A stretch of 63,358 nt of DNA, filler included, from Cercozoa sp. M6MM (Eukaryota; Protista; Endomyxa: Ascetosporea): assembly GCA_040357565.1 (NCBI GenBank). It is 7 parts of 7 records of this genome, joined end to end, with 100 filler letters (N's around TTAATTAATTAA, not from the genome) between each part and the next. Parts side by side here need not be neighbours in the genome. Positions count along the whole stretch, not along the records: positions 37,086 to 63,358 come from JBDODJ010000150.1; 6 more parts are not named here. One strand, written 5' to 3'. This document shows positions 40,714 through 53,081 of this stretch, piece after piece; positions within the stretch are counted from its first letter, which is position 1; each line of letters begins with the position of its first letter. The notes under the pieces are model-generated. The model saw only the letters and a program-made list of their open reading frames with translations. It was not told the origin of the DNA and made no database searches. The translations under genes and the position numbers were made by a program.

Positions 40714-43700
40714 CTATACACAGTGAGTGTCGGTAGTTGTACCATCGATGTCAACAGCGACATGGTCGGGAGTACTGCCGACCGAGAGGTCATCGGCGGC
40801 GTCGGTGCAGTTGTTGGTCCGCGCGATACTATGGTCAAAGTGCGCGGCACGACTGCTGCCGTTGATGGCAGTGGAACCACTGCCGAACTGCGTCAGACTC
40901 AGTGCCACCGAGTCCTCCGGGTCCTCCTGTGGACATAATTAATCATCATCATTTAAGGGTGCGCCATCTCTCCTCGATTTACACTTGTGTCCTACGGTAC
41001 CTGGTCCGAGTCGGCATCCAGTGCGAATTGTCCTTCCTACACGCGTTCGGAGAGGATAAGGAGGGGGTAAACCGGGGGTATATGTGCAGTACAGGCAGCA
41101 ACGACTGCAATCGCTCGTCATCGTCTTCTTCCGGAACAACATCGCGCAGGCTGCGTGGCTGTGGGGGGGGGGGGGGTAAAGCGGGGGGCAAGAGGGAGGG
41201 GGAGGGGGTAAAACTACCACAGAGAAGGCATCGCTGCCCAGCGGCAGTTGCGACGATACCGGCGACACTGGCACAGCACGCGCACTCTCGTCCTGGTCAG
41301 CCTCGTCTGCGCAGCCTTAACCATAAGGTACATGTGTACCTCATACGGTACAACCTGTGTACAGGTACAGTACCCCAGCCTGTGCCGTCCGGTAGGTCAA
41401 GCACGCCGATGCGCTGGCCCATGCGCACGTAGGTCTCAAGGTGCCGCTGCGAGTTGCGCACCAGGTCGGCATCGAAACGCACCACGCCCTTGCGGAACAC
41501 CAGTACGATGGTACTGCAGGAGGGGATAAGAGGATAACAGGAGGGTAGGGGTAGGGGTAGAGGAAGACGAGGCAAAGTCCTACCTGCCACCAAAGGCGAA
41601 GAAGCCGTGCTCATCGCCTCGCTGCAGCACCTCGCCCGGCAGCGACGTCAGCGCCACCGAGCCGACGCAGCATGCGCCGACGGCAATGTACAGAAAGTCG
41701 TGCCGCTCGGACCGACCCACCTGCATGCCTCATGGTTGTAACCCTTCTTACCCCCGCTCACCCGCTTTATTCCCCTACCACACGCATGGGCGTGACGACA
41801 CGTTTGTTCTCGCTGAGCACGTCAGCGCGGTGCGACCGCACGGCCAGCGGGTTGACGCTGTGGAATCGCGGATCGCGTCCGCTGACGTCGCGCGTGTGTC
41901 CAACTTGGACGGCTACATCGTAGTTAAGGGGGTAAGGCGGCAGTAAGAGTTTCCAAATCGAGCAAGGATTCGTAAATATACAGGGATAGAAAGTAAAAGG
42001 ATACTGGGTATTTTAATTAAAGGTGTGTATTAATTATGGGTTTTGATTAAGAGAGTGTATTTGATTAAGGGAGTGCATTTGGTTAAGAGAGATTAAGGGA
42101 GTGTACCATCGAGCGGACAGTGGAAGCGGTGGTAGTCCTGCGGTGCCAGTCGGCACAGTACCAGCGACGCCTCCTCCGAGGCCCAGTCCGCCACCTTAAC
42201 AAATTAAGGGTGCGTACATCTGTTCTCAAGGGGTACGGACCCCAACTTAAGTGTACCAGAGCCGAGTCGCCCAGCATGCTGGACAGTGAGAAGCGACGTC
42301 CTTTGATCCACAAACGTCGCGCGTCGCTGATCGAGTCGAACACTGTCAGGCGGCAGTCCGCAGGCGACTGGGGGGGGGGGGGGGGGAAAAGGGGGTAGGG
42401 GGGGGGGTAAAGGGGCCAAAAAGCACCACGAGTATGCGCTGCGCGAGCGAGACGGTGCGTCGCCAGCGACCGTCCGAGTCGTCCTGTCCGGCAGGTGCAC
42501 GTGCCAGGTAGGTACCGGCCAGATGGCGAGGCACGAGACCGCGCCAGTACCACTCGGTACCACAGGTGCCACTGGTGCCAGTGAGATCAATGCAATCATC
42601 ACCGTCATCATCGTGATCACTCACTGCAGTGACGGTGCCATTCGGATCAACAAGATCCTCCTCACTTACGCCGTGGTACTCCCACTGCTCGTTTCCCGTG
42701 GCACTTATCGAGCCTGCTCTCCCAGTTGGTAAGAGGGTATAAGGGCAAGAAGGTATAAGGGGCAAGAGGGGGTAAGAGGGGTAGGTAGTAGGTGGTAGAT
42801 GGTATGGGGTTGGGGTAAGGGGGGGTAAAACCATGTGCGATGCGGCCTCGCGGCTGCGGCGGCCAGAACTCCTGCGACACCTGCTGCGCATATGCCTGCC
42901 GATCGGTCTGCCCAGTACAGTTCACGCACGTGGAAGGTCAGTCAGTCAGCCACGTGGTCACCCAGTCAGCCACGTGGTCACCCAGTCAGCCACGTGGTCA
43001 CCCAGTCAGCCACGTGGTCACCCAGTCAGCCACATGGTCAGAGCGGGTACCACAACAGCAGCAGGCGCCAAACGGAAGCCAAGTCCTGGCGGCGGACCTG
43101 AAGGAAGTAGGGGGGTAAAGGGGTAGAGGGAGTAAGGGAGTAAAGGGGTATAGATGGTAAGGGGAAGGGGTGGGGGTAAAGGGGGTAGGGATAACCATCA
43201 ATAGGTCGCGCGCCCTTGCGCAGACGACGGTAGAAAACTGCATCATATGGGGTAAGAGGGTCAAGGTTTAAGGGGTAAAGGTTCAAGCGGGTCAAGTAAG
43301 GGGGGGGGGGAGGTTTAAGGAGTAAGGGTTTAAGGGTAAAGGTTTAAGGGTAAAGGTTTAAGGGTAAAGGTTTAAGGGGATAAGGGTAAAAGGGATAGGG
43401 GGTAAAGACTACAGTCATTGAAGGAGGCGAAGTGATCGACGGAGGCAGCACTGATCTCATTCTGCACTCAAGTCCACGTGTGTAAGTAATGAACCATGAG
43501 ATCACTCAGTGCCTTGAGAAACCGTTATCAGTCACCAGTCACTGACACCGTTCCGATCGATCAGGAAAAGGTACCAGTGAGATCTTGTGGTAGCGCACAA
43601 AATTCGCAATGTCACGACGCGACGCCGCGCTGTCGTAGCGCGCGCCGTACTTGTATGTCAGGCGCTTCAGTACCTGCGCACGTGCCCACCCAGTCAATCA

Positions 43701-45562
43701 GTCTACCACGTGGTCACCCACCCAATCATGTGGTCACCCACGTGATCACCCACGTGATAACCCACGTGGCTACACTCTGTCCTTATACTGTCCTTGCACA
43801 ATACCCTGGGCAGTGAAATTCCAACACGCGACTGGTACATCATTCTCTACACGGGGGGGGGGGGGAGGAGGGGGTAAAGCCAGCCAAAGGGCGGTAAAGG
43901 GTCCAAGCCCGGGGGGGGGGGGTAAATACCAACACGAGACGCAAGTAGCCCGGAATCCTCTCGCTGACCAGACGTCCTGTGGCACGATCCACCACCTGAG
44001 GGAGGGGAAAGGGTAAGGGGAAAGGAAAGGAGAAAAGAGGTAAGGAGGTAAGGGGGCAAGCAGGTAAAAGGGCAAGCGGGTAAGGGGGTATGAGGGCAAG
44101 GGTAAAGACACCACGTACCACAATGAACTGCGGTCGACTGCGCACGTAGTCCTCGGTGCCTTCTGCTCATGGCGGCACGCGGAGAGGTAGATGGGAAAGG
44201 GGGGTAAAGAGGGGGGTAAAGAGGGGGATAAAGAGGGGGGTAAAGCGGCTACCACGGTTGGCCCAGCGGCGCGTGGCGAAGTGCTCGGCGAGCAGTCCAC
44301 TGAGCGCCCACTCGTGCTGCGTGCTGGCATCGTAGGCACAGGCCAGTAGGTGCGCCTTGTCCTCGCGTGCCTACAGAATGTGTGGACACTCCTTTAATTG
44401 TAGCCACTAGTGTAGCCACTAGTGTAGCCACCCAGTAGCCATTTGTGTAGCCATCCCACTGCTTAAAAGGATGTGCCGCACCTGTCCCGACAGCGGCAGC
44501 AGGCAGCACGGACACACTCGAGTCGCCGGTCGCGTCACGAACAGCGCCTCAGCCAGTTCGTCCACCTGGACCTCGTCCTGTACACACAGGTACAAATGGA
44601 CCGGTACACTCGGATCCACCTTGTCTTTTGTCTGTACCTGTACTGTAGCCAACACACGCTGCGCATCCGCAGGCGCCAGGCACTGCTGCGCGAACAGCAC
44701 GAGCGACTCGCGCGACACGCGTTTCTGGGGGGGAGGGGGTAAAGGGAGTAAGGGGGGTAAAGGGGGTAAAAGGGAGGTGAAGCGGAGGGGTAAAGGAAAA
44801 AGGTAGAGAGGGTCAGGGGAAAGAGGTAAAAAGGGGTAGAGGGTAAAGGGGTTAGGGGCAAATATTACTTGTTCGTCAGCATGCAGGGACAGCAACGATC
44901 GCCAGAGCCAATCCTGCCCGCGCGGACCGCATATATACAGGTGTTGATGGACCAATACAGCGGTACAAATGGGCCCGGACAGTATAGATGGACCAGTACA
45001 GATGGACCAGTATAGATACGCCAGTACAGATACGCCAGTACAGGTGGACATGTTGTAGTACCTCGACAGGACCGGCATTGAAACGCATCAGCACCAGTTG
45101 GACCCTTCTCGTATATATTGCCTTGTCCGCGCGGACACACAAAACGTGATGTGACCTGGTACCTCACTTTGGGCAACATGGCCGCGTGCCGACCACCTGC
45201 GCCGAGGAAGACCCTGAAAGCACAATCGGAGTCATTACCCCCTAGCCCTCTTACCCCCAGGCAGAAAGATCGTACTGTTCCACGTCGTCATCGCTGCTGC
45301 TGTCGGGTGCGTACACCACAGCACCGTCCGATCGCACCCTTCAACACGCGGAGGGAGAGAATAAATGGGGGGGTAAGAGGGGAGCAAAGAGGGGGGGGGG
45401 GTAAGATACATACGCATGACGGTGCCGAGCGACATGGAGCGCTGGTGTTTCATGTCCGCTCCCGACCTGTCCAAATGGACGGTACATCTCGCACAGGAAT
45501 TCACGTACTGGAGATACTACGTGTCGGACGAACGGACGGCGGCATCTCGTAATTGTAGCCAC
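40714..45562 (-). CDS. PSD2: PSD2-type phosphatidylserine decarboxylase proenzyme (many introns; ends approximate)
   Basis: FYRRLRKGARPI, SPADCRL, WIKGRRFSL, RLAPQDYHRFH, VNPLAVR..VLSENKR, FAFGGSTIVL (self-cleavage GGST), ETYVRMGQRIG. Confidence 0.9.
42941..43040. repeat. intronic 20-mer minisatellite (CAGTCAGCCACGTGGTCACC)n
   Basis: Four near-perfect copies plus a partial. Confidence 0.9.
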
Positions 45563-45949
45563 CTGTACATATGGACGATATTAACTGTACAACACAATAT
45601 GGACTATGCCATCGTACGCATCGAGCACAAACGCGTCTCTCGAAAACGCATCGGTTCCGCCTGGACAAAAATTGCTTCCGCGCGGATGCTGACAAATACA
45701 ACAAAAGCAAATATTTTTACTCGCACGTGTCGCTGCACGTTTCAGCAGTGACTCCAGCGGCACCTACTCGGACAGACAATACAAAAAACAACAACTAATG
45801 CAAAAACAACAACAAAAACAACAACAAAACAAAAAGACTACCTGCACGGCACCGAGCAGTTGGTTAGACCGCGTGCGACGTTTTTGATACACGGCGATTC
45901 TGATCGGCCTGCATCAGAGGAGAAACCGTCATATAAACCGTCATATAAA

Positions 45950-46570
45950 CCGTCAGAGAGATCGTCCCAAACCGTCCCCGAAAGTTGAATTGTACCATCG
46001 CATCTGTTCGGGACGAGTAATCTGAACGCGTGCCTTCTCACTCCTGCGCACGTGGTCACTCAGTCACCCAGTCGGTTGGCACGTGAGACCACCGTCAGTG
46101 GCCCAAGATCATTGTCATGTGGGAGGGTCTGGTATACATACCACAGCGGGAACTTGGACTTAGCACTCACTTGCGTGCGGAAGACCTGCGTGCCGAAGGA
46201 CACAACGGCGAAGCAGCGACGCGCTCGTGGCAGTCGCGGGTCTACACGAAAGTTGTGCCATGGTGCTCGCAAAGCACGGGGGAGGGGTATACGTACCAGC
46301 CTCGATGACATGTGCACACAGCAAGGCGACCTGTGACGGCTGCAGCGACTCGAACTGCTCTGAAGTGATCACAAGCGACTTGGACAACGAGGCAGACACT
46401 GGCTCCTCCTCGAGAACTTGGTACTCTTCCGTACTCCTGTATTCACAATGACTATCCACACAAGCGTCGGCCAGGATCAGCACAGAAGGGTACGATCGGT
46501 GCCGTGCCAGAAGAATGCAGCATGTCACGATTATGATGATCGCTAATGGCACCAATAGCCACCACAGCAT
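45950..46570 (-). CDS. small hypothetical protein with N-terminal TM anchor
   Basis: MLWWLLVPLAIIIIVTCCILLARHR followed by short GT-AG introns; 3' end uncertain. Confidence 0.45.
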
Positions 46571-46769
46571 GAGTTCCTCTATGTATGTGCGCGTCTATAC
46601 GAAAGGAACCCTTGAAACCCACTGTGTCACACTTCTGGCTGCGCGCAAAAGCGGAGCACCACCTTTTTAATGAGACTCGAGATTCTTCCTTTTACTCCCG
46701 TTTAGCGCACTGTTTACCGAGCTCACACACCGAACAAAGCTGCAAGCACGCCTCTGTGCTGCTTGCTGA

Positions 46770-48697
46770 CGTGTGAGATCGATTGTGCGTACGCAGATCT
46801 ATTGATCGAGTTTCTTTTATTATTTTTGTGGGTCACAGCCCTTGAGCCTCCCGCGACCACAGTCACCACAGTCACCCCGCAACCGACTCGACAGTTAACG
46901 TACAAAGTGGTAGTTCTCTCCGGGTCTCGAGATGGCGCAATGTAAATTATCTCTATACACACGGTACAAAGCGACAACAACGATCGATATCTATACCCCA
47001 AGAATAAAACTAGCTTCACAACTACAAGGCCAGACGGACAGTAAGCGAGTGCACGTGCGTGAGAATACTACATATGTGTAATCAACACTAATGTTAGAGC
47101 AATTGGAACAAGGTGAGTTGGGAGGCGCTCTCAAGAGTCTCCTGGCTCGACTGGTATCTCTTTTTTGCGTGGTTCGCGGACGAACGATGGGTTCCAAATG
47201 TGCAGGAAACGGAGAGTGCAGAGACTATCGTGACACAAGTAGAACAGCGTCACATAGAACTCGATGCACAGGTACTCGTTCACAGTACTCCAACACGCTG
47301 ATGTGGATGGTGCGTGCTTTGTGTGCAGATCAAGCAGCACTGCGATCGGCAGCTGGGCGACTTCTTTGCCACGCTGGAGCACCTGGCCACTGGCCATCGA
47401 CGTGTGCGATCGCGTAAGGATGCCTGTGCATGTGTATGCAGATGCATGTTGTGCATATGCGTATACACGTGTGTGCATGTGTACAGTGCGGTCAGCTATC
47501 GATGGAGAGGTCGACCGGGTGCGTCGCGATGCCTTGCAGGCACTCGATGTTGCCAACTCCTTGTCAGGTACTCTCAGTGGCGCATGCAGGGCCAAGACAC
47601 ACGCATCAGACTCAAGCATACTTGTGTGAGCGCAGAGGCGACCGAGCGCGTGCGGCACATCCGGCGCCTGCGTGGGGTGATTTCCAATGCGGCACGAGTG
47701 GCACATCAGGTACATTGACTCACTGCTCCACGGAATAGAGCCACGGGGCCAGTGACCAGTCGATTCTACTGCTTGTGTCGACAGGTGTGCACGGCCAGGA
47801 CACTGATCGAGCAGCGGCAGTACTTTGCGGCGCTACGTGCGCTTCGACTCCTCAGCGGCCGTGTCGACTCACTCGCACGCCTGACGGTTCGGGTCATCTG
47901 TGTGACTGAGGGACTGGTGATGTTATGACTGTGTGACGGTTACTGTGTGTACTCACAGACAGAGAGACGGTTCGTGCGGCACATGCGCCGCTTGCTGCCG
48001 GTGCTGCACGCGCGTCTGCTGGAGCGAGTGTCCGCCGACCTGGCGCTGTGGCATCAGACCTGTCAGGAGAAACTGGTTGTGCTGGGCAAGACGGCCATGT
48101 CGTCGCATGGTACACAATTGGACTGACTCTAAATACAGTACATACTGCTGTCCAACTGTCTCGACTGTACTGACTGTCTGTATTCAGGCAAAGAGAAGCA
48201 AGAGCGAGTGCTGGCCATTGCAGAGATCTCTCTGGCGCCGCTCTTTCAGGCTACCAAGGTACTCATTGCCCACGTCCCTCGTTGACTCACTGACTCAGAC
48301 TCACTGATTGACGGTGTGGGTATGTGTCTGTGTGTATGTGTGACAGGTTGCACATGCCATGAACAAGGTGTCGTCGTTCAAGCTGGAGTTCGCACGCAGG
48401 GTGTCTCCTTGTCGCTACTGCTGTTGTGGAGAGTGAGGGTCCAAATGGCCTGGTGTTACTGATAGGCGGCCGAGCGACAGGAACGGTTACTCCACTGCAA
48501 TGTCTCCGTGCGTGTCTCGGACGGTACCCCTGTTCCTTGCAGATAGTACGTGCGCACCCATATGAATATGTTCAGACAACTATCGGCAGTTTGGAAGCAC
48601 TGCTGCCGGTGTGCCAACCCTCAAAATGAGCATCTGGCTTCAGGCTCTGTGTGGTCACTTTCTGGTACACATGTCCGCTTCGATCAACGGACGCTAT

Positions 48698-48750
<53 letters not shown>

Positions 48751-51136
48751 CCTCTCGGCCGTGGCAGGCTCTGACTTGAGCGCTGTCTCGCAGGCGCAAC
48801 TACAGGTACTAAAGGAGGGGATACGGGGTGGGGTTAAATGAGGTTTAAGGGTAAGAGAAGGGTGGTACTATTGTTTGGGGGTGGATCAGGACTGGTGGCA
48901 CAAAGCCGAGCTGTGTCGCCGGTTTGCTTCGCTGCTGGACAACTCGGAGCCCAGTGAGACCGAGTCCGACCTCGCTTGCACCTTTTTCCTCCTCAGTGGG
49001 TACAGTACCCCGTATGTACAAACTGGACACCTGCGTGATTGCTTTTGTAGCCCCTTTGTCTGATGCTTGTCTCGTGTACAGTGTGACTCTGCGATTGAAG
49101 GAATTCGCGAAAACTGTCTCTCGCATTTTCGTTTTTCCGGCGCCACTTTTGCTTGTTCGTTTTTTTCTTGTTTTCTCCTTTTTCTCTCGTTTTTTCTTTT
49201 TAATTTTGTTTTTTAAACAGAACAAAGAGGATTTTTTCTTAAACGCACGACAAAGATTAGTGGAACTGCGATCGGCGATATTCGATTCGAGGTACAGAGA
49301 CTTGGATGCGCTGGTACAGGTGGACGTACAGGGCGTTTTGTAGGGTGCGACAAGCGCTGTCAGGTGCCAAACTGGATGGCACAGTTCCCGTCGGCTCTGT
49401 TGGCGAAGTATAATTCGGAACTGAAATGGACATGTGCTGGGTCTGTTATGGGCGATGTGTCTCTCTCAGCGAGACAAATGGCAGAAACTCGGACTTACAG
49501 AGCTTCATTTCAGTCCGTGCGGTAACACACCGTCACTTGGGTTCGGAGAAATACGAGATATTTGTTTATCTTTCTTCTTATGTTTTGCAGTACCTCTGCT
49601 GCTGGCGGAGGTTCGTGGTGCACTCAATGACATGCACAATACGTGTATTATGCACGATGCGCGTTTGGACAACTTGCTCCCGTCTGCACTGTACTTGTCC
49701 AGTTGTACGCATGAAACTGAAATTGTGTCTCGGCTCAACGTTGGCGATTTTGTGCAGCATGGCGAAACTGGCAACCTCGCTGTGTGCCAGTCTGCGTCGA
49801 TTACAGCACAGTGTACCATACCAGCCCCTCCTGTGAACAAAGAGTTGACACAAATATCTTTCTTCTCAGGTCGGAGTCAAAAGCAACCTCACAGCGACTG
49901 CACAAGTGTTGCAGGACGCCATAGCACTCCGACAAGGGGTGAGTTTGTTGTTTTATATCTTCTGTTTCGTGTTTCAACGTGTGGTATTTTTGCAGCTTGA
50001 GAAAGCTCGTTCTTTTGTGTTGAAACTCGAGTTCGGTTCAGTGGAGTACTTCTTGCCGTTGTTGTTAAGGGTGCTTGTGTAACCTATTCTTGTGCTGTGT
50101 TTAGACCAAAGGATGCTGGTGAGTGCGAGGCGGCACGCCGCGCGCACCGGCGGTTGGACACCGCGCTGACTCAACTGGCCCGCGTGAGAGACGACATGCA
50201 AGACGCCTTGTTCGCCTTGATGACGGCCAAGATGCTAGACGCCACAGCGCTTGCCTTCTTTCAGCAAGGTGAGAACCATACTATTTGCCATAAGAAAAAC
50301 ACAGTCTCTGTAGGTCTCAATGAAACCTGGTGTCACTTCCAAAGCGAGCAAGACGCTCTGTCAGATGCCGCCATAATGTACTGCCTTTGTACGTGCATAT
50401 ATGTGTTTGCCAACTTGTGTGCGGTCTGACAGGTCGATTTCGATGCTGGTGCAGACGTTGCCAGTGACGCTGCCGAACGCGTCGCACTCGCTGCAGCGTG
50501 CTTTGCTGTTCACTTGCTGCACACAACTCTCGGAGCACCTGTTGTCCGAAGTGCTCTGTGCCGAGCAGCAGCCGTATTGAACCTATACCCCCGTCTCTTC
50601 ACCACCTTTACCCCTTCCCTATGTTCAGAAAACCACCACCGCTGTCGGTTTGCGGCGCGAGCGATTTTGCGCTCTTTGTCAAGGCACTGCTGTCAGCACT
50701 ACGCGAGGCCATCTACGCTGCCTTCCCCGCGGATGCCGAAGAGACCAACGACGCTGTTGATGATGCGATGACCGAGCTCCGGCAGACTGCGCTCTTGTTC
50801 TCGGTACTTGGCGTTTGACCCCGCCTGGTTGTTTTGAAAGGCGTGTGCTCAGACTGACGAATGGGTGGATGAGTCCATGGCTTGGCTGCGCGACCCTCGC
50901 TTTTCGCACGTGCGACCGGACCGCGTGCTGGCTGTACGTCCTCAATGCTCTGTGTACAGTGGCGTTTTTGCAACGTCTTTTTCGTACAGGTCGCCTCGCG
51001 TTGGCGATTGCTCGGCCGCTTCGCCAGTGTGCAGCACGCGCCAGCTTCGGTGCCACCCGAGCTGTTGCGGCTCAAGTCGCGTTCGCTTGAGCGTCTTGTG
51101 CGCGAGCTGCGCGAGCACGGCAGCTCCGGGCACTAA
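46770..51136 (+). CDS. SEC15: exocyst complex component Sec15/EXOC6-like (many introns; start approximate)
   Basis: IKQHCDRQLGDFFATLEHL, RQYFAALRAL, WHQTCQEKLVVLGKTA, ISLAPLFQA..FKLEF; helical C-terminus ending at TAA 51136. Confidence 0.72.
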
Positions 51137-51700
51137 ATTTGGTTCATTTCTTTCGCTTTCTTTGAATAATCCGCCTCCGCCAGGCTTAAGTGTTGACGTG
51201 AGATTGTCAATTTGTTGTGAAGACAACGACTAAGGAAGAACGACAAGGCGTTTAATTTAGTGTTCGTTCGACGTCGCAATAAACCGAAAGATATCAGAAG
51301 AGAGAAGGTTACTCTCCAAGATAGGGCCGTCGTTACAGTTGAGAGTGTTGAGAGGTTGTTCAAAGACAAACAAAAAGAAAACCCTCTTGCCTGCTCAAGG
51401 TAGAGCAAGTCAGAAAGAAAACCTCTGCCTGGTAATTTTAGAGTGGCGAGCAGCTCGAAACTGCCCTCTCCAGACACCAAGGTACCTCAAAGGATACCGT
51501 GCTTGTTGGCCCCGAAGCAACCGACTTGCTCTACCTAGAGCACAAGCTAGGCAACAGTCAATTGCTAAGTTACCAGCTCTCAGCCTTAGAAAAACACCTC
51601 AATTCATATTTGGCATGACTGATGGGTGCTTGCTTCCCTGCGGAGCAAGAAAGTTTAGTTAGCCGAGTAGGTAGTTTGGTGTTGACAATAACATAAGGAC

Positions 51701-51809
51701 AACATCAGCGGGTCAGAAACGTTTACTCTCTACAGTCGAGCACCATCACGAAAACGAAGGGGGCCCCTCGCCTGTTTTTGACGGCGGACGTTTCTGACCC
51801 GCTGATGTT
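51701..51809. mobile_element. putative MITE-like element or hairpin, 22-bp perfect terminal inverted repeats
   Basis: AACATCAGCGGGTCAGAAACGT ... ACGTTTCTGACCCGCTGATGTT, flanked by GAC on both sides. Confidence 0.5.
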
Positions 51810-52719
51810 GACGGCCACTGGGGCGTTACTCTTGGCACCTGAGCGCAGTGACGACCTACGGCCAGTGGCCGACGGAGCCACCGGCATGATGCCGACTACT
51901 CATACCGTGTGATGATCGACCATGATCGCACTGATGAGTCGGTCCGATCACGTCACGTGCCATCATCCAGATACCACGCGGACACTCACGAGCGCACTCC
52001 AGCTCCGTAGCCCACGTTCGTCCCCGTCGTGTTCCCTACGTGCGCAGTCTTTGAACGTAGTGCCCGCCACACGCGAGTCATACAGGTAGAGCGGGTTTCC
52101 CAATCCCGATTTTTGCTTGGTGGGGCGGTTACTCAACTCCAGTGCGTTTTTTTTTTTGACTTTCCCAGAAACCAATTTTCTACTAACAGCGCTGTCAATT
52201 ACGGTTAATTGGTTTTGTGCTGTGCGTGCTGTGTGCTGTTTGGGCTTGGTGCCGTTTCCTGTTGCAGTACTTTTGATCATTTTATGTGCAGACCCTTTTT
52301 TGCTCGATCACAGTTGGTCAGTAACTCTGACTTGAGCGATCTCTGACTGGATTGTATCAGCTGGATCTTGCAAAGCACATTGCTCGCTGTTCGGGACACC
52401 AGCATTTCGCTCCAATCACCCTAAGGTATCTGGCACCGGCATTGGACCGCCTCACCGGCAGAGCCCGATCTCTGCTCACGGTTTGTTTGTTGCCCCCTCT
52501 TGTTTTTGGTTGTGGTCCCGTCCCAGACCGACACACACACGGTGCACGCGTGTGTCTTTTGGGCAGGTGTTTCGCGTGAGTTAGCGTTTGATGTCACAAG
52601 TGTCGTCGTAGTGTGTCTTGTCCCGTTCCTGTCTTTTCGTCTCCAGAACCGTCCGTGTCTCATCAAGCGCACAACAGTCACACAGTCTAAATTCCGTCAA
52701 CCTACAGTAACATATCACA

Positions 52720-52997
52720 ATGTCGTCCAACCCAAGCGACGTTCCTCAGGTAGAAAATAGTGTTTTTCTGATGCGAAGGCTCTTCGCCACTTATGTACAG
52801 AGAAGTAGATACCTCAAGGTGTATATGTGAGTAGCCGCGTCAGTCCCAGCCGTCGTCGTCCTCCATGTCAACAAACAAGCCGCCATCACCGCCGCAGCCG
52901 ATCGTAGCAGGCGCAGGTACTGCGCCTGCGGTACCGGCGCTGCCGCCGGTGCCTTCCGTCCCTATCGCCGGCATTGTGCAGCCGCCTGCTCCGCCTG

Positions 52998-53081
<84 letters not shown>

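Noticed and set aside
49000-50100. AT-richer stretch inside Sec15 as an inserted element
   Set aside because: Resolves into further short exons and T-rich introns; no terminal repeats or transposase motifs
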